From: Elusimicrobiales bacterium
GTDB taxonomy: Bacteria > Elusimicrobiota > Elusimicrobia > Elusimicrobiales > UBA9959
Reading direction: 5' to 3'
Assembly (NCBI GenBank): GCA_049972095.1
Contig: JBMFKQ010000011.1
Span: forward strand, 4,892 to 43,296
Length of the DNA: 38,405 nucleotides
Shown here: in pieces, positions 18,716-28,684 of the stretch
How positions within the stretch are numbered: the stretch's first letter is position 1
How the letters are laid out: each line of letters starts with the position of its first letter
Made by a program: the position numbers and the translations under genes
Notes under the pieces: model-generated
What the model was told of the DNA's origin: nothing
The model's input: only the letters and a program-made list of their open reading frames with translations
Databases searched by the model: none

Positions 18716-21700
18716 TCAGTGGTAATAAAGAGAAAATTTCTTCCTTTCTCCCCCACACAGGCATTCAATTGAAATTGCTTTTGCTACATCAACATTTGAA
18801 AGTGCATCTATGTAATCATATATGTTTTTAATAACTATTCCATTTACAGCAGTTATAACATCACCCTGTGAGATTGGAATTGTAGAGAGAATCGAACCCT
18901 GATTTATCCTTTTTATTCTAACCCCAACTCCAGAATATTCAAAATCAGGTGCAAAGCCAAGAGATATTTTTCTTCCCTTAATCTGTCTATGTTCAAAATC
19001 ATCAAAAACAATCTCTTTTTCAAGAACCTGCTCAATCACTGAAAAAGAAAGACCACAGATCATAAGCATACCATCAAAATCAAGTTTATCAAATGTATCC
19101 GTAGGTCTATGATAATCATCAACACTTCCATCGTAAAGTTGTATGGCTGGTATTTTCCTTTTTATAAAGCTTATCTGATCTCCAGAGGTTAATCCCAAAG
19201 GGCCAAAAACAACCTCAATCCCGCTTGAAAGAGATGCCTTTCTTAAAATTTGCTTCCACTGACTGGATGTCTCATAATTCAGCACAATCACCTTTCCATC
19301 CTTAATCCTTCCAACTGTATCAATATTCAAAACTGCTTTTATATTCGATGATGATAATGAAGCAAAATAATCTGAACCCTTAAAACCATACTCCTCACCA
19401 CTGAAAGCACAGAAGGCAAGATTTTTTACTTTTTTGCTCAAAGCATATCTTGCAAGCTCAAGCATAACTGAAACTCCACTTGAATTATCGTTAGCACCTG
19501 GGTAATATATATCTCCTTGAGGGAAAAGATGATCATAATGAGCTGAGACAAGAATGTATCTTTCAGATTCAGATGTTTTTGCACATATATTCACTAAGCT
19601 AAAGCTTTTTGATGATACCTCAGCGTTAAAATATTGTCTATAAGAGTTTTTAAAAAACGGCTGAAGTTTTGCTTTTCTAAACTCATTTTCAATGTAGTCA
19701 GCAGCCCGTTCAATTTCTCTTGAGCCAGGATGCCTTGTTCTAAGCTTTGATGACAAGAAAAATGAATCCTTCCTTAACTTATCAATACTAAAAAAAGAAG
19801 GCATGCTCCATAATGTTTTCTCCCTAAAATTATCTATCTTTTCCTTTAAAAAAACTGTATTTTCTCTTTCCTTTAAATCCCACTGGCCTGTCTCAATAAC
19901 ATTATAGAATCTATCAGTAATTATGTAGCTATATTTCCCATAATGTATAATTTTATTCAAAAATGAATCACACTTATCATCACAGAAAGCATAACCTTTT
20001 ACTGAGCTACTATCTTCAACAACAAAGAAAACATAATTTTCATCCAAATCATAGGTTTTTCCATTCAGAATAAATGATGACGAGGTAAAAGAGATATATG
20101 GAAGATTAACCTGGCTATATATTTTTTTGCCTACATAAAACTTAAGACCTGGAAGATCTAAATTAGTTTTTAAAAAAGGAGGTTTCAAAGACAAAAGATC
20201 ATATTCTGAGATAACGCCTATAGATGGTTGTGAAAGAATTTTTGAAAAGCTAACAGCTACCTCACCATCTAAAAGTTTTCTAAGAATATTAAAACCACAA
20301 TCAAGACATAGACCAGCAACATCACCATCAAGCCTAAATGAAAAACTTTTCCTTGAACCATCAAGCTTGATAAGATGAACATCCTTTTTACCATTAGAAT
20401 AGAAAATCTCAAGAGGTATTTTCACAGGGCAATACCCTGAAATATCAAGGGAAAGATTAGTATTATCAACCTTCAAACTCTCTTTGATAATCTGAGCAGT
20501 GCAGAAATACTTTGATGATACAAAGATATCGAAAAAATCATCAAGCCTTTTGCCACTTATCCTTTCAAACTCATCTCTTATCTCCTTCCATGATATCTTA
20601 TTGAACTTATTTTTGGAATATATACTTCTTAAAGAGTCAATAAAACTTTTATCACCAACGATATTTCTTAACATATGAAAAAACATCATAGATTTGCCAT
20701 AGCCAACCGCTTCACTTTCATTTGAATGCCTTTCCCTAAACTCAAAAAGAGGTATATCATCACTAACATAATCAGTGTATTTTTTACAAACACCTATTCT
20801 GTAATCCCTACCTTTTCCTTTTTGCTCTGATAGAAGATAATCAGAAAGATAGCTTGTTATACCCTCAGACCAGTTGCCTTTTGAATAATCAGGATAAACC
20901 CCATTACCCCACCAGTTATGAAGTATTTCATGAGGAAGGGATGTGATAAATATAAAGGGAAGTTTTATGACAGATGGTCCAAGAAGGGTAAATGAGGGAA
21001 ATGCATAGCCAGTCTCCCAAAAATTCTCTACAACCGCAAACTTGCTATAAGGATATCTCCCTATCATATCGCTATACATCTTTATATACATTTTTGAATA
21101 CTCAATATATTTCTCTGCAAGTTTATCATCATCACTTTTAAGATAAACATATATATCAGGACTTCCTTTTGAAAAATACTCTTTCCATAGCCCACACACA
21201 AGTGGTATATCATAGATAGGAGCATCAGAACGATATCTGATAATCTTATATCCATCAATTATCTCCTTCTTATATATATTCCCTGGCATAACAACATCGT
21301 AGTCCTGAGGGATTTTAATGGTTATATCAAATCCTAAGATTCTTTCATCTGTCACAGGATACCATCCAGAATCTGCATTCAAAAAACACCCATCAGCAGA
21401 TATTAATCCCTTAGTGTTTTTTATTCCTCTTGCATAGTTATCATCACCAATGAAAGGATATTTAAACCTATTTCTATATGATAAACTAATTTTTTTAAGA
21501 TAACCACCTTTTTTAAGATAGGCTATATTTTTAAAAAGATTTTCCCTGCTTAGGATGCCTATAGTCAATGAAGAATCTGTTTTTTCAAAAACCACATTTT
21601 TATCAAGGTAAAAATCAAACCTTTCTCTTTTCCTATCAAAATTAACGGTGGCATTCACCCTTATAAAACTATCATCAGGTTTTATCTCAACATCAAGATT

Positions 21701-21754
21701 ATAGAAAACATCTGCATTTAGAACAGCAGAAAGAATAATAAAAATAATCGCCAT
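18716..21754 (-). CDS. Secreted M1-like aminopeptidase fused to an M28 peptidase and a PDZ domain
   Basis: HEILH-x18-E (NWSEG) and YGKS for M1; SAHYDH, GANDNSSG, GEE, NIDTVG, DYH for M28; LGFAPDF...GDVITAVNG for PDZ. Confidence 0.9.
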   Translation of the reverse strand: MAIIFIILSAVLNADVFYNLDVEIKPDDSFIRVNATVNFDRKRERFDFYLDKNVVFEKTDSSLTIGILSRENLFKNIAYLKKGGYLKKISLSYRNRFKYPFIGDDNYARGIKNTKGLISADGCFLNADSGWYPVTDERILGFDITIKIPQDYDVVMPGNIYKKEIIDGYKIIRYRSDAPIYDIPLVCGLWKEYFSKGSPDIYVYLKSDDDKLAEKYIEYSKMYIKMYSDMIGRYPYSKFAVVENFWETGYAFPSFTLLGPSVIKLPFIFITSLPHEILHNWWGNGVYPDYSKGNWSEGITSYLSDYLLSEQKGKGRDYRIGVCKKYTDYVSDDIPLFEFRERHSNESEAVGYGKSMMFFHMLRNIVGDKSFIDSLRSIYSKNKFNKISWKEIRDEFERISGKRLDDFFDIFVSSKYFCTAQIIKESLKVDNTNLSLDISGYCPVKIPLEIFYSNGKKDVHLIKLDGSRKSFSFRLDGDVAGLCLDCGFNILRKLLDGEVAVSFSKILSQPSIGVISEYDLLSLKPPFLKTNLDLPGLKFYVGKKIYSQVNLPYISFTSSSFILNGKTYDLDENYVFFVVEDSSSVKGYAFCDDKCDSFLNKIIHYGKYSYIITDRFYNVIETGQWDLKERENTVFLKEKIDNFREKTLWSMPSFFSIDKLRKDSFFLSSKLRTRHPGSREIERAADYIENEFRKAKLQPFFKNSYRQYFNAEVSSKSFSLVNICAKTSESERYILVSAHYDHLFPQGDIYYPGANDNSSGVSVMLELARYALSKKVKNLAFCAFSGEEYGFKGSDYFASLSSSNIKAVLNIDTVGRIKDGKVIVLNYETSSQWKQILRKASLSSGIEVVFGPLGLTSGDQISFIKRKIPAIQLYDGSVDDYHRPTDTFDKLDFDGMLMICGLSFSVIEQVLEKEIVFDDFEHRQIKGRKISLGFAPDFEYSGVGVRIKRINQGSILSTIPISQGDVITAVNGIVIKNIYDYIDALSNVDVAKAISIECLCGGERKKFSLYYH

Positions 21755-21770
21755 AATGCCTCCAATAAAA

Positions 21771-21780
21771 ATTATATAAT
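21771..21780. promoter_or_regulatory. Palindromic ATTATATAAT giving -10 boxes for both divergent genes
   Basis: TATAAT on plus (21775-21780) and minus (21776-21771) strands in a 32-bp divergent gap. Confidence 0.5.
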
Positions 21781-21786
21781 TAAATT

Positions 21787-23016
21787 ATGAAAAATAAAAA
21801 AACGGCAATTGTCTGTGTTATAGATGCAGTTGGAGTTGATACACTTTCATATCTTTTATCAAAGCATAAGGGCAAGATTGAAATGCCATTTCTTTTAACC
21901 TGCGGAATTGATAGACTCTTAGATGAAAATATTAGAAGAAAGATAAGTTCCAAAAAATCAACAAAAAAGGTTAACTCATATGTGATACCTGTAAGGCAGA
22001 GCTCAACAACAGCCGATAGTCTTATAGGGCACAGAGAAATGATGGGGATAATAGACATGAGAAAATTTAATCTTTTCTATAAAGGTTTTCCTCAAAAATT
22101 TATAAAAGAGCTTGAAAGTAGGATAAGAAGAAAAACACTTTTTAATCAGATGTCAGGAGGAATGGAGGCAATAGAAAAAAACTACGAATATCATGAAAAA
22201 ACAGGCTATCCAATAGTATATGCAAGCAAATGTGATCCTCTCATACAACTTGCAATGAATGAAGAAATAATCCCACCCGATGAACAAAAATCTATAGCAA
22301 ACACGGCTCTTGAACTTGCCATTGAAATGAAGATTCCAATTACAAGAGCAATTGCAAGAAGCTATATTAGAAGGAAAAAAGAGATAATAAGAACAGCAAA
22401 CAGATATGATGCAGTTCTACCTCTTGAAGGGAAGACCCTCGTTGATATTTTAAATGAACATAAAGTTTGGAGTGTTTCTGTTGGTAAAACAAGTGATCTT
22501 GTCAATACCAAATATTGTGAAAAGATAAAAATAACTCATAAAGAATTTATTGATCCATCACTTGATTTTGACTTCATACATCCTAAAGAAAAAGATACCA
22601 ACATATTCAACATACAGGGCATAATAAACGCAGTTATAGCAAAAAAATATATATATAGACCAAACGGGACTTTTGTATTTGCAAATCTTGTAGACACTGA
22701 TAGTCTGTTTGGTCATACAATGGACATAGATGGTTCTTTAAAATCCCTTCAGCAGATAGACAAAGCCCTTGAAAAGATCTTTGAGCTTATGGATAATGAT
22801 GATATTCTTATAATAACAACAGATCATGGAATGGAACACAGAGCAGACTATGGATATCATAGCAATGAAACGCTTTATATCGTAGTAGCTTCAAAAAAGA
22901 AGATAGGTTTCAAACACATTGATGATTTTGAAGGGCTTACCAAGGTTGGTGCTATCGTTGGAGAATATTTCAATATTCTTGATGAGTTTAAATCCATAGT
23001 AAAGAAAATCTATTAA
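21787..23016 (+). CDS. deoB: Phosphopentomutase-like protein (alkaline phosphatase superfamily)
   Basis: VIDAVGV, DSLIGHREMMG, GFP, TGYPIVY, RTANR, NLVDTDSLFGH, ITTDHG, HSNE. Confidence 0.8.
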   Translation: MKNKKTAIVCVIDAVGVDTLSYLLSKHKGKIEMPFLLTCGIDRLLDENIRRKISSKKSTKKVNSYVIPVRQSSTTADSLIGHREMMGIIDMRKFNLFYKGFPQKFIKELESRIRRKTLFNQMSGGMEAIEKNYEYHEKTGYPIVYASKCDPLIQLAMNEEIIPPDEQKSIANTALELAIEMKIPITRAIARSYIRRKKEIIRTANRYDAVLPLEGKTLVDILNEHKVWSVSVGKTSDLVNTKYCEKIKITHKEFIDPSLDFDFIHPKEKDTNIFNIQGIINAVIAKKYIYRPNGTFVFANLVDTDSLFGHTMDIDGSLKSLQQIDKALEKIFELMDNDDILIITTDHGMEHRADYGYHSNETLYIVVASKKKIGFKHIDDFEGLTKVGAIVGEYFNILDEFKSIVKKIY

Positions 23017-23070
23017 GATGTAATATTTTTTTAATTTTAATTTAAAGTCTTAATGTTAGAATATGTTTGT

Positions 23071-24162
23071 ATGACACAAGCTGTTTTAAGTCTTGTCATA
23101 ATGATAAAGACTAATCTCTACACTCAGGTTTCAGTTTCAAGCACTTCCATCTCACCACGAATGGCGGTTGAGACAATTGTAAAGTATTTAAAATCAGATG
23201 ATTCAGAACTAAAATGCTATGCGATTGAGGCTCTTTCAAAAACCGCTGAAACCAGATTGATTCCCCTTCTAAAAAAATATCTCAACGATCAAGACAAATA
23301 TGTTGTAATATCAACAGCAAAGGCATTATGGAATCTTGGAGATACATCGGGACTAAAAAAACTTTATCAAATAGTTGAAGAAACCCCAGATGTTGATCAA
23401 ACTAAAAATGACCCCTTATCTCAGCTTAAAATAATATCAACAAACAGAATAAGAGAAAAAGCACTTTCAACTATAGCGGATCTTGAAGGAATAAAATCAA
23501 GAAATCTGCTTATAAGAGTGAAGGAAAACGATAACTTTGGTTCAATGCGAGATGCTGCAGCAAGAGAACTTGCTAAAATAGGATATAGAAACGAAATTGA
23601 AACCTTTTATTCAGCACTTTTGTCAGATGATGAGGAGATAAGAAATCAGGCAGCCGAAAATCTTGCCAAGATATGTCCCCAAGAGACTTCAAAAATAATT
23701 GAAGCACTTAAAAAGGAAAAATCCCTGAGGGTTCAGATGATGCTTATTGACTCACTAAGATGTTCGAGGTTCTTAAGAAAGGATGAAGAGGATTTGATAC
23801 TTTCATTTATTTCAAGCAAAAATCAAACACTTAAAATAAAGGCAATCACAGCTCTTTCAGCATCATCCAATCCAAAAACACTGGATAAACTTCAAAAGAT
23901 ATATTATGATACAACTGATATACTTACAAAACTCATAGTGCTTAGAAAACTATCTGAAGGCAAAAGATTTACTATTTCATGCGATGATATAGATTATCTC
24001 AATTCCATTGACAACCCCGAAATAAAAAGAAGGTTTATAGAAATATCAGACATATCCTTCAATTGCTCAAAAAAATATCTTGAAAAATACATCACAGACT
24101 CTGACCCCTATGTATCCATAGATGCAAGTGTAAAAATAATTGAAATGATGAGAAAAAAATGA
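23071..24162 (+). CDS. HEAT-repeat protein, probably exported
   Basis: Repeated HEAT/PBS-like units (YAIEAL, TAKALWNLG, RDAAARELAKIG, RNQAAENLAKI); hydrophobic N-terminus. Start is 23071 or 23053. Confidence 0.85.
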   Translation: MTQAVLSLVIMIKTNLYTQVSVSSTSISPRMAVETIVKYLKSDDSELKCYAIEALSKTAETRLIPLLKKYLNDQDKYVVISTAKALWNLGDTSGLKKLYQIVEETPDVDQTKNDPLSQLKIISTNRIREKALSTIADLEGIKSRNLLIRVKENDNFGSMRDAAARELAKIGYRNEIETFYSALLSDDEEIRNQAAENLAKICPQETSKIIEALKKEKSLRVQMMLIDSLRCSRFLRKDEEDLILSFISSKNQTLKIKAITALSASSNPKTLDKLQKIYYDTTDILTKLIVLRKLSEGKRFTISCDDIDYLNSIDNPEIKRRFIEISDISFNCSKKYLEKYITDSDPYVSIDASVKIIEMMRKK

Positions 24163-27100
24163 AAACACTATTATTGATATTATTATCAATAAGCATACAT
24201 TCAAATGAATTCAAAAAGGAAAGAACATCTTACCACTCTCCTCTTTCATACTCAGTAAACGCTATTGAGAAAGCAAGAAAAAGAGGTTTTACAATAACTG
24301 CAAATACCATTATAAACAAAGTAAATGCTATTGAAAAATTAAACAAAACAAATTCAAAAAACATGAACTGGAAAATCAAAATAAGCAACCTTACTGGCAG
24401 TGTATCATCCATCAGCGGTGATAGAACCATAAAAACTTATGATGGTGATATTGATGATGCAGCAAAAAAATTTATATCAGAAAATGAAGAGCTTTTAAAA
24501 GTGGATACTGCCTCACTAAAAATAGTATCAAAAGCATCTTTTATGGGCAACTCAAGCATATACTACATACAGACTTACAATGGATATGATGTTGAGTTTT
24601 CATATGTAAAGATAAATAGAAATCCAAAAAATGAGATAACCTATTACTCATCAAGATACTATGAAAATATAAATCTAAAAACTCAAACTAAAATAACTAT
24701 AGAAGAGGCAGAAAGAAAGATAAAATCTGAACTTCCAAACTTCTCTATATCAACCTACACTATTGTAATCTATCCTGATGATCTCAAAAATAGTTTTCAT
24801 CTTGCTTATAAAATAGAAGGATATGGTGGCTTTGGCATAAAAAACGGCAGATGGGTTTATTATATAGACTCACAAGACTCAAACATTCTTTTCAAATACG
24901 ACTCAAGACAATATGCCTGCACTTTGACACAAGAAACAACAGGAACAATAAAGGCATATGTTTTTGAAATATCCCCTATACCGACAGGAGATCCACAAGG
25001 TTCATGGCTGCCCCCCGTTTTAAGGCCAATTAAGGATATATATGTCTTTGCTGGAAGCTATCAATCAAGCGCAACTACAAAATCAGACGGGGAATCAGAC
25101 GGGGAATACTGCATAGATTATGATGGCGCAGAAAATGGAGCAAAGGTTTTTTTCACTACCCTTGGACCATATCTCTCGGTTGTTGACTACCAAGCAAACA
25201 ACCTCTTTTATACTAATGCATCGTATCAAATTAAGTCCTCCCCTTCTGCACTCCAGATATACTCATACAATCCAAACTCAACTCTGACATATACCATAGC
25301 CCCATCCCTTAATTTAGGGAGTGGAACACTTGCTTTTATAACACCTTTCTTTTCATGGTTTAATATAGGAGATATAGATGAATACGGAAACTCAACTGAT
25401 GCAGATGTTGTTTATATAACAGAACCTCAAGGAAACAGAATATCAGCATTCATAGGTCAAAATAAAACAAACTTCACCGCAGGATATATCCCAGCTACCT
25501 CTTACAACATAAAGCTTGTAAGCGATAATTCTGCAAGTGGAAGTTTTAATATAACAGCATCAACATATATAGTGATAACAAATCCAACCCCAAAGGATAA
25601 CTCAACAGGTTCTTTTTCTCTTCCACTATCTCCTATGATAAATGCATTCTATCATCTAACAGCAATTAGAGACTTTATAATGAAGTTTAACACAAAGTGC
25701 TTGGGAAACTGTATAGATCTCAATAGAAGGGTTCCCGTAAATGTAAATATTTATTCAGGTAATACACCTGTCTACAATGCATTCTACGATTTAAAGCATG
25801 ATGCAATATATATAGGCAGGGGTCCTACTGAAAACGATAGAAATTTTGCATGGGATGGCACCATAATAAGACATGAATACATACACCTTGTTATGAACAG
25901 AATATACCCAATAATATATTTTGGAGAGTTTGGAGCAATAACAGAAGCACTTAGTGATTACTTTTCGCTTGCATCATTCTGGGATGAAGGCAAAAACATA
26001 AATATACTTGGTAATTTTCTTGGTATTGGAGAGGGAGTAGCAAGGGATCTTTCCACAATTACAAAAAAAATGCCTGATGACTGGACAGGCGAGGTGCATG
26101 CAGACGGAGAAATTCTAAGTGCGGTTCTTTATAAGCTTGCAAAAGATCCTTCATACAGTCTCGGAACATTTTCATCAGGTGGATTTGCTGGGCTGAAAAA
26201 ATCAGATGTCTATGCATTTGGAGCGATGTTTTACTTTCCAGACAGCTTTGAGGGATTTATGGAAGCAATGATTGATTTGTGCAGAAATATAGAAGCAGCA
26301 GCATGTGAGGAAAATAAAATACGAAGTGCTTTTGCTGCACATGGGATTACATCAGATTATATTATTGTTGATCCTTATGAGCCAAACAATGGGCCAGCAT
26401 ATGCAGTTGATATATCAAGTTTCTCAAGCCTAAAAGCATATATAGACTACAGCGGTGATGAGGATTATTATGCTGTTTCACTTGGAAAGGGAATCTTTCA
26501 CTTAAAAGTTGAGCTTCCAAGACATCCCATAGGACTTTATCATGCCTACTCAATATTCCTCTTTGACTCATTACAAAATCCCATTATATACCAGATGCCG
26601 CAGACAAAATCAGACCTTTGCTATCCAAGCTACAACCCAGAATATTCAAACATATGTCTTACAAGGGATAGTTACAATGAATTTTACTATTACATAAGCA
26701 CGCCTGGGGTTTATTATGTTTCTGTAACAGCAGGATTAAATTCAAATTCAGAGCCGGGCCCTGATTATGACAGAAACAATCCTTATATACTTTCATATGA
26801 TGGACAAATAAATTCAGAGATAAAAATAGAAAAGAGATCAGCTGTTGCTGATGCTGATGTCTTTGAGTTTGAAATAAAAGTGCCCAAATTCTATTACAAT
26901 GGATTTTATATCTCAGATTACGCCTGGCAGAATGGAGAGATATTCAAATTCTGCGAAAAAGAATGTATTAAAATGCTTGATTTTCAGCTCAAAGAACTTT
27001 CAACAAACTATATAGATATAACAGATATTAATGATAATTCTGGAAACTTGGCAAATTATTACATATTTGATCCTGATGGGAACCCTGTTATAAAAGGAAA

Positions 27101-27542
27101 AATAAAATTCCACTCATATGGAGGGAAAACATTCTCACAGACATATCCTTATGTTGGAACAATTTATTTTAAATTCTTTGCAGAAAATCATATGTTTGAG
27201 GTTGGGCCAAAAAACAACAACTATATATTCCTCGGAATAGCAAAAAATATACATCTTACAGGTTCATCAAACGATATAGTATCCTACAACAACATTATAA
27301 CACCACAAAACTCACAAACGCTTATAAAACTTGAAACCATAAATCCCTCCAAGATTAGTGTAAAGATATACACAGCAACAGGGATGCTTGTAAAAACTCT
27401 CTATGATGGACAACTTTCTGGTAAGATGACTATTGCTTGGGATGGAACTGATGATAAAGGAAAAAAAGTTCCATCTGGTATATACTATATGAAAACAGAA
27501 GGCGCCGTGAATAAAATAGAAAAAATAGGGATAGTAAGATGA
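24159..27542 (+). CDS. Secreted M4/M36-like zinc metalloprotease with FTP/PepSY propeptide, CUB-like insert, PPC domain and FlgD-Ig/T9SS-like C-terminal domain
   Basis: Signal peptide; QTYNGYDV (FTP); YYIDSQD (PepSY); NAFY, HEYIH, EALSDY, EVH; DPYEPNN...DEDYY; KIYTATGMLVKTL...WDGTDDKGKKVPSGIYY. Confidence 0.88.
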   Translation: MKTLLLILLSISIHSNEFKKERTSYHSPLSYSVNAIEKARKRGFTITANTIINKVNAIEKLNKTNSKNMNWKIKISNLTGSVSSISGDRTIKTYDGDIDDAAKKFISENEELLKVDTASLKIVSKASFMGNSSIYYIQTYNGYDVEFSYVKINRNPKNEITYYSSRYYENINLKTQTKITIEEAERKIKSELPNFSISTYTIVIYPDDLKNSFHLAYKIEGYGGFGIKNGRWVYYIDSQDSNILFKYDSRQYACTLTQETTGTIKAYVFEISPIPTGDPQGSWLPPVLRPIKDIYVFAGSYQSSATTKSDGESDGEYCIDYDGAENGAKVFFTTLGPYLSVVDYQANNLFYTNASYQIKSSPSALQIYSYNPNSTLTYTIAPSLNLGSGTLAFITPFFSWFNIGDIDEYGNSTDADVVYITEPQGNRISAFIGQNKTNFTAGYIPATSYNIKLVSDNSASGSFNITASTYIVITNPTPKDNSTGSFSLPLSPMINAFYHLTAIRDFIMKFNTKCLGNCIDLNRRVPVNVNIYSGNTPVYNAFYDLKHDAIYIGRGPTENDRNFAWDGTIIRHEYIHLVMNRIYPIIYFGEFGAITEALSDYFSLASFWDEGKNINILGNFLGIGEGVARDLSTITKKMPDDWTGEVHADGEILSAVLYKLAKDPSYSLGTFSSGGFAGLKKSDVYAFGAMFYFPDSFEGFMEAMIDLCRNIEAAACEENKIRSAFAAHGITSDYIIVDPYEPNNGPAYAVDISSFSSLKAYIDYSGDEDYYAVSLGKGIFHLKVELPRHPIGLYHAYSIFLFDSLQNPIIYQMPQTKSDLCYPSYNPEYSNICLTRDSYNEFYYYISTPGVYYVSVTAGLNSNSEPGPDYDRNNPYILSYDGQINSEIKIEKRSAVADADVFEFEIKVPKFYYNGFYISDYAWQNGEIFKFCEKECIKMLDFQLKELSTNYIDITDINDNSGNLANYYIFDPDGNPVIKGKIKFHSYGGKTFSQTYPYVGTIYFKFFAENHMFEVGPKNNNYIFLGIAKNIHLTGSSNDIVSYNNIITPQNSQTLIKLETINPSKISVKIYTATGMLVKTLYDGQLSGKMTIAWDGTDDKGKKVPSGIYYMKTEGAVNKIEKIGIVR
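25081..25107 (+). repeat. Exact 12-bp in-frame tandem duplication (AATCAGACGGGG) x2 encoding SDGE-SDGE
   Basis: Units at 25081-25092 and 25093-25104, followed by AAT. Confidence 0.85.
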
Positions 27543-28615
27543 GTTTTCTTATAACACTTATTACAATTGGATACATTAATCTTTCCTCTGCAAGCCTTGA
27601 TATCCTTAAAAATGACTTTTCAGCATCATTAGTTGGGCTTTCATCATCAAAAGCGGCGGTTGAAGAGGCTATATATGCCATCAACTACAATCCTGCAGGT
27701 CTTTCTTTCTCTCAAAAAGCAGAGTTTTATGCAACACTTTCAAACGGATTTGATAATGCATCATATTCATACTTTGCTTTTGGAAGTCAGATAGGAAAAA
27801 AGGTATTTTCTGATATTGCATATCCACATATCGCAGCTTCCTTTTATCTATCAGATTTAGGAGATATAAAGCTTAGAACACTTGATGATTATGGAAATGT
27901 AACAGAAAAAAATATAAATGCTGAGAAGGATTATATACTCAGTCTTGGATATGCTGAAAAAATAAGTCAGCAAACAGTTTACATAAGCCCCTCAGTTAAA
28001 TCAAAATTCATAAGTGCAGCAGGAATTTCCCTCAAATACCTTAATTCAAAGCTTCTTGAAAGATATTCTGCCTCATCACTTGCTTTTGATGCAGGATATC
28101 TTGGAAAGCTTGAAGATATTGGTTTGAACTTTGGAATATCACTATCAAATACCTTTGGAAGAATAAAATACATAGGTGAAAGCTATAAACTTCCTGTGAT
28201 CTTGAGAATAGGGCTGTCATATTCCAGGCCAACAATAATGGAAAGCAATGCAACACTCTGTCTTGAATACGATAGCTACATAACAGATAAAAAAAATTCA
28301 CTTAAAGCTGGTATAGACTACACCATTAAAAACTCATTTTCATTTAGAACAGGATACAGATTTTTAGACGATAATAAGGGTTTAAGTCTTGGCATAAGCA
28401 TATATGCACTAAACTTCTCACTTGATATAGGCACAACATTTTCTTCTGTCTATAAATACACATTTTTTTCTATTGGGTATAAGATACCAGCTAATGAAGA
28501 TGAAGGATCTATTAAACAAAAATCCCCTCAGCTGAACAAATTTAAAGAGAAAAAGGCTAAAGACAAAACAAATACTTCCATTCCATCAAAAGGAAATACA
28601 ATTATAGTTTTTTAG
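27539..28615 (+). CDS. PorV/PorQ-like (FadL-related) outer-membrane beta-barrel
   Basis: Signal peptide; AINYNPAGLS; GISLKYL, AFDAG, FGISLSN, LPVILRIGLSY, SFRTGY, GLSLGI alternating beta-strands. ATGA overlap with the protease stop. Confidence 0.8.
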   Translation: MSFLITLITIGYINLSSASLDILKNDFSASLVGLSSSKAAVEEAIYAINYNPAGLSFSQKAEFYATLSNGFDNASYSYFAFGSQIGKKVFSDIAYPHIAASFYLSDLGDIKLRTLDDYGNVTEKNINAEKDYILSLGYAEKISQQTVYISPSVKSKFISAAGISLKYLNSKLLERYSASSLAFDAGYLGKLEDIGLNFGISLSNTFGRIKYIGESYKLPVILRIGLSYSRPTIMESNATLCLEYDSYITDKKNSLKAGIDYTIKNSFSFRTGYRFLDDNKGLSLGISIYALNFSLDIGTTFSSVYKYTFFSIGYKIPANEDEGSIKQKSPQLNKFKEKKAKDKTNTSIPSKGNTIIVF

Positions 28616-28645
28616 CAAATCCCATAAAATTAATGATTCAGCACA

Positions 28646-28675
28646 TTGACAAGGAAGTTTTAAATCTAATAGAAT
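28646..28675 (+). promoter_or_regulatory. sigma70 promoter
   Basis: TTGACA (28646-28651), 18 nt, TAGAAT (28670-28675), 9 nt before ATG 28685. Confidence 0.65.
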
Positions 28676-28684
28676 ATATTCACT

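Noticed and set aside
9640..18730. Intrinsic terminators at convergent junctions 9651/9653 and 18714/18716
   Set aside because: The gaps are 1 bp and I saw no GC-rich hairpin with a U-tract.
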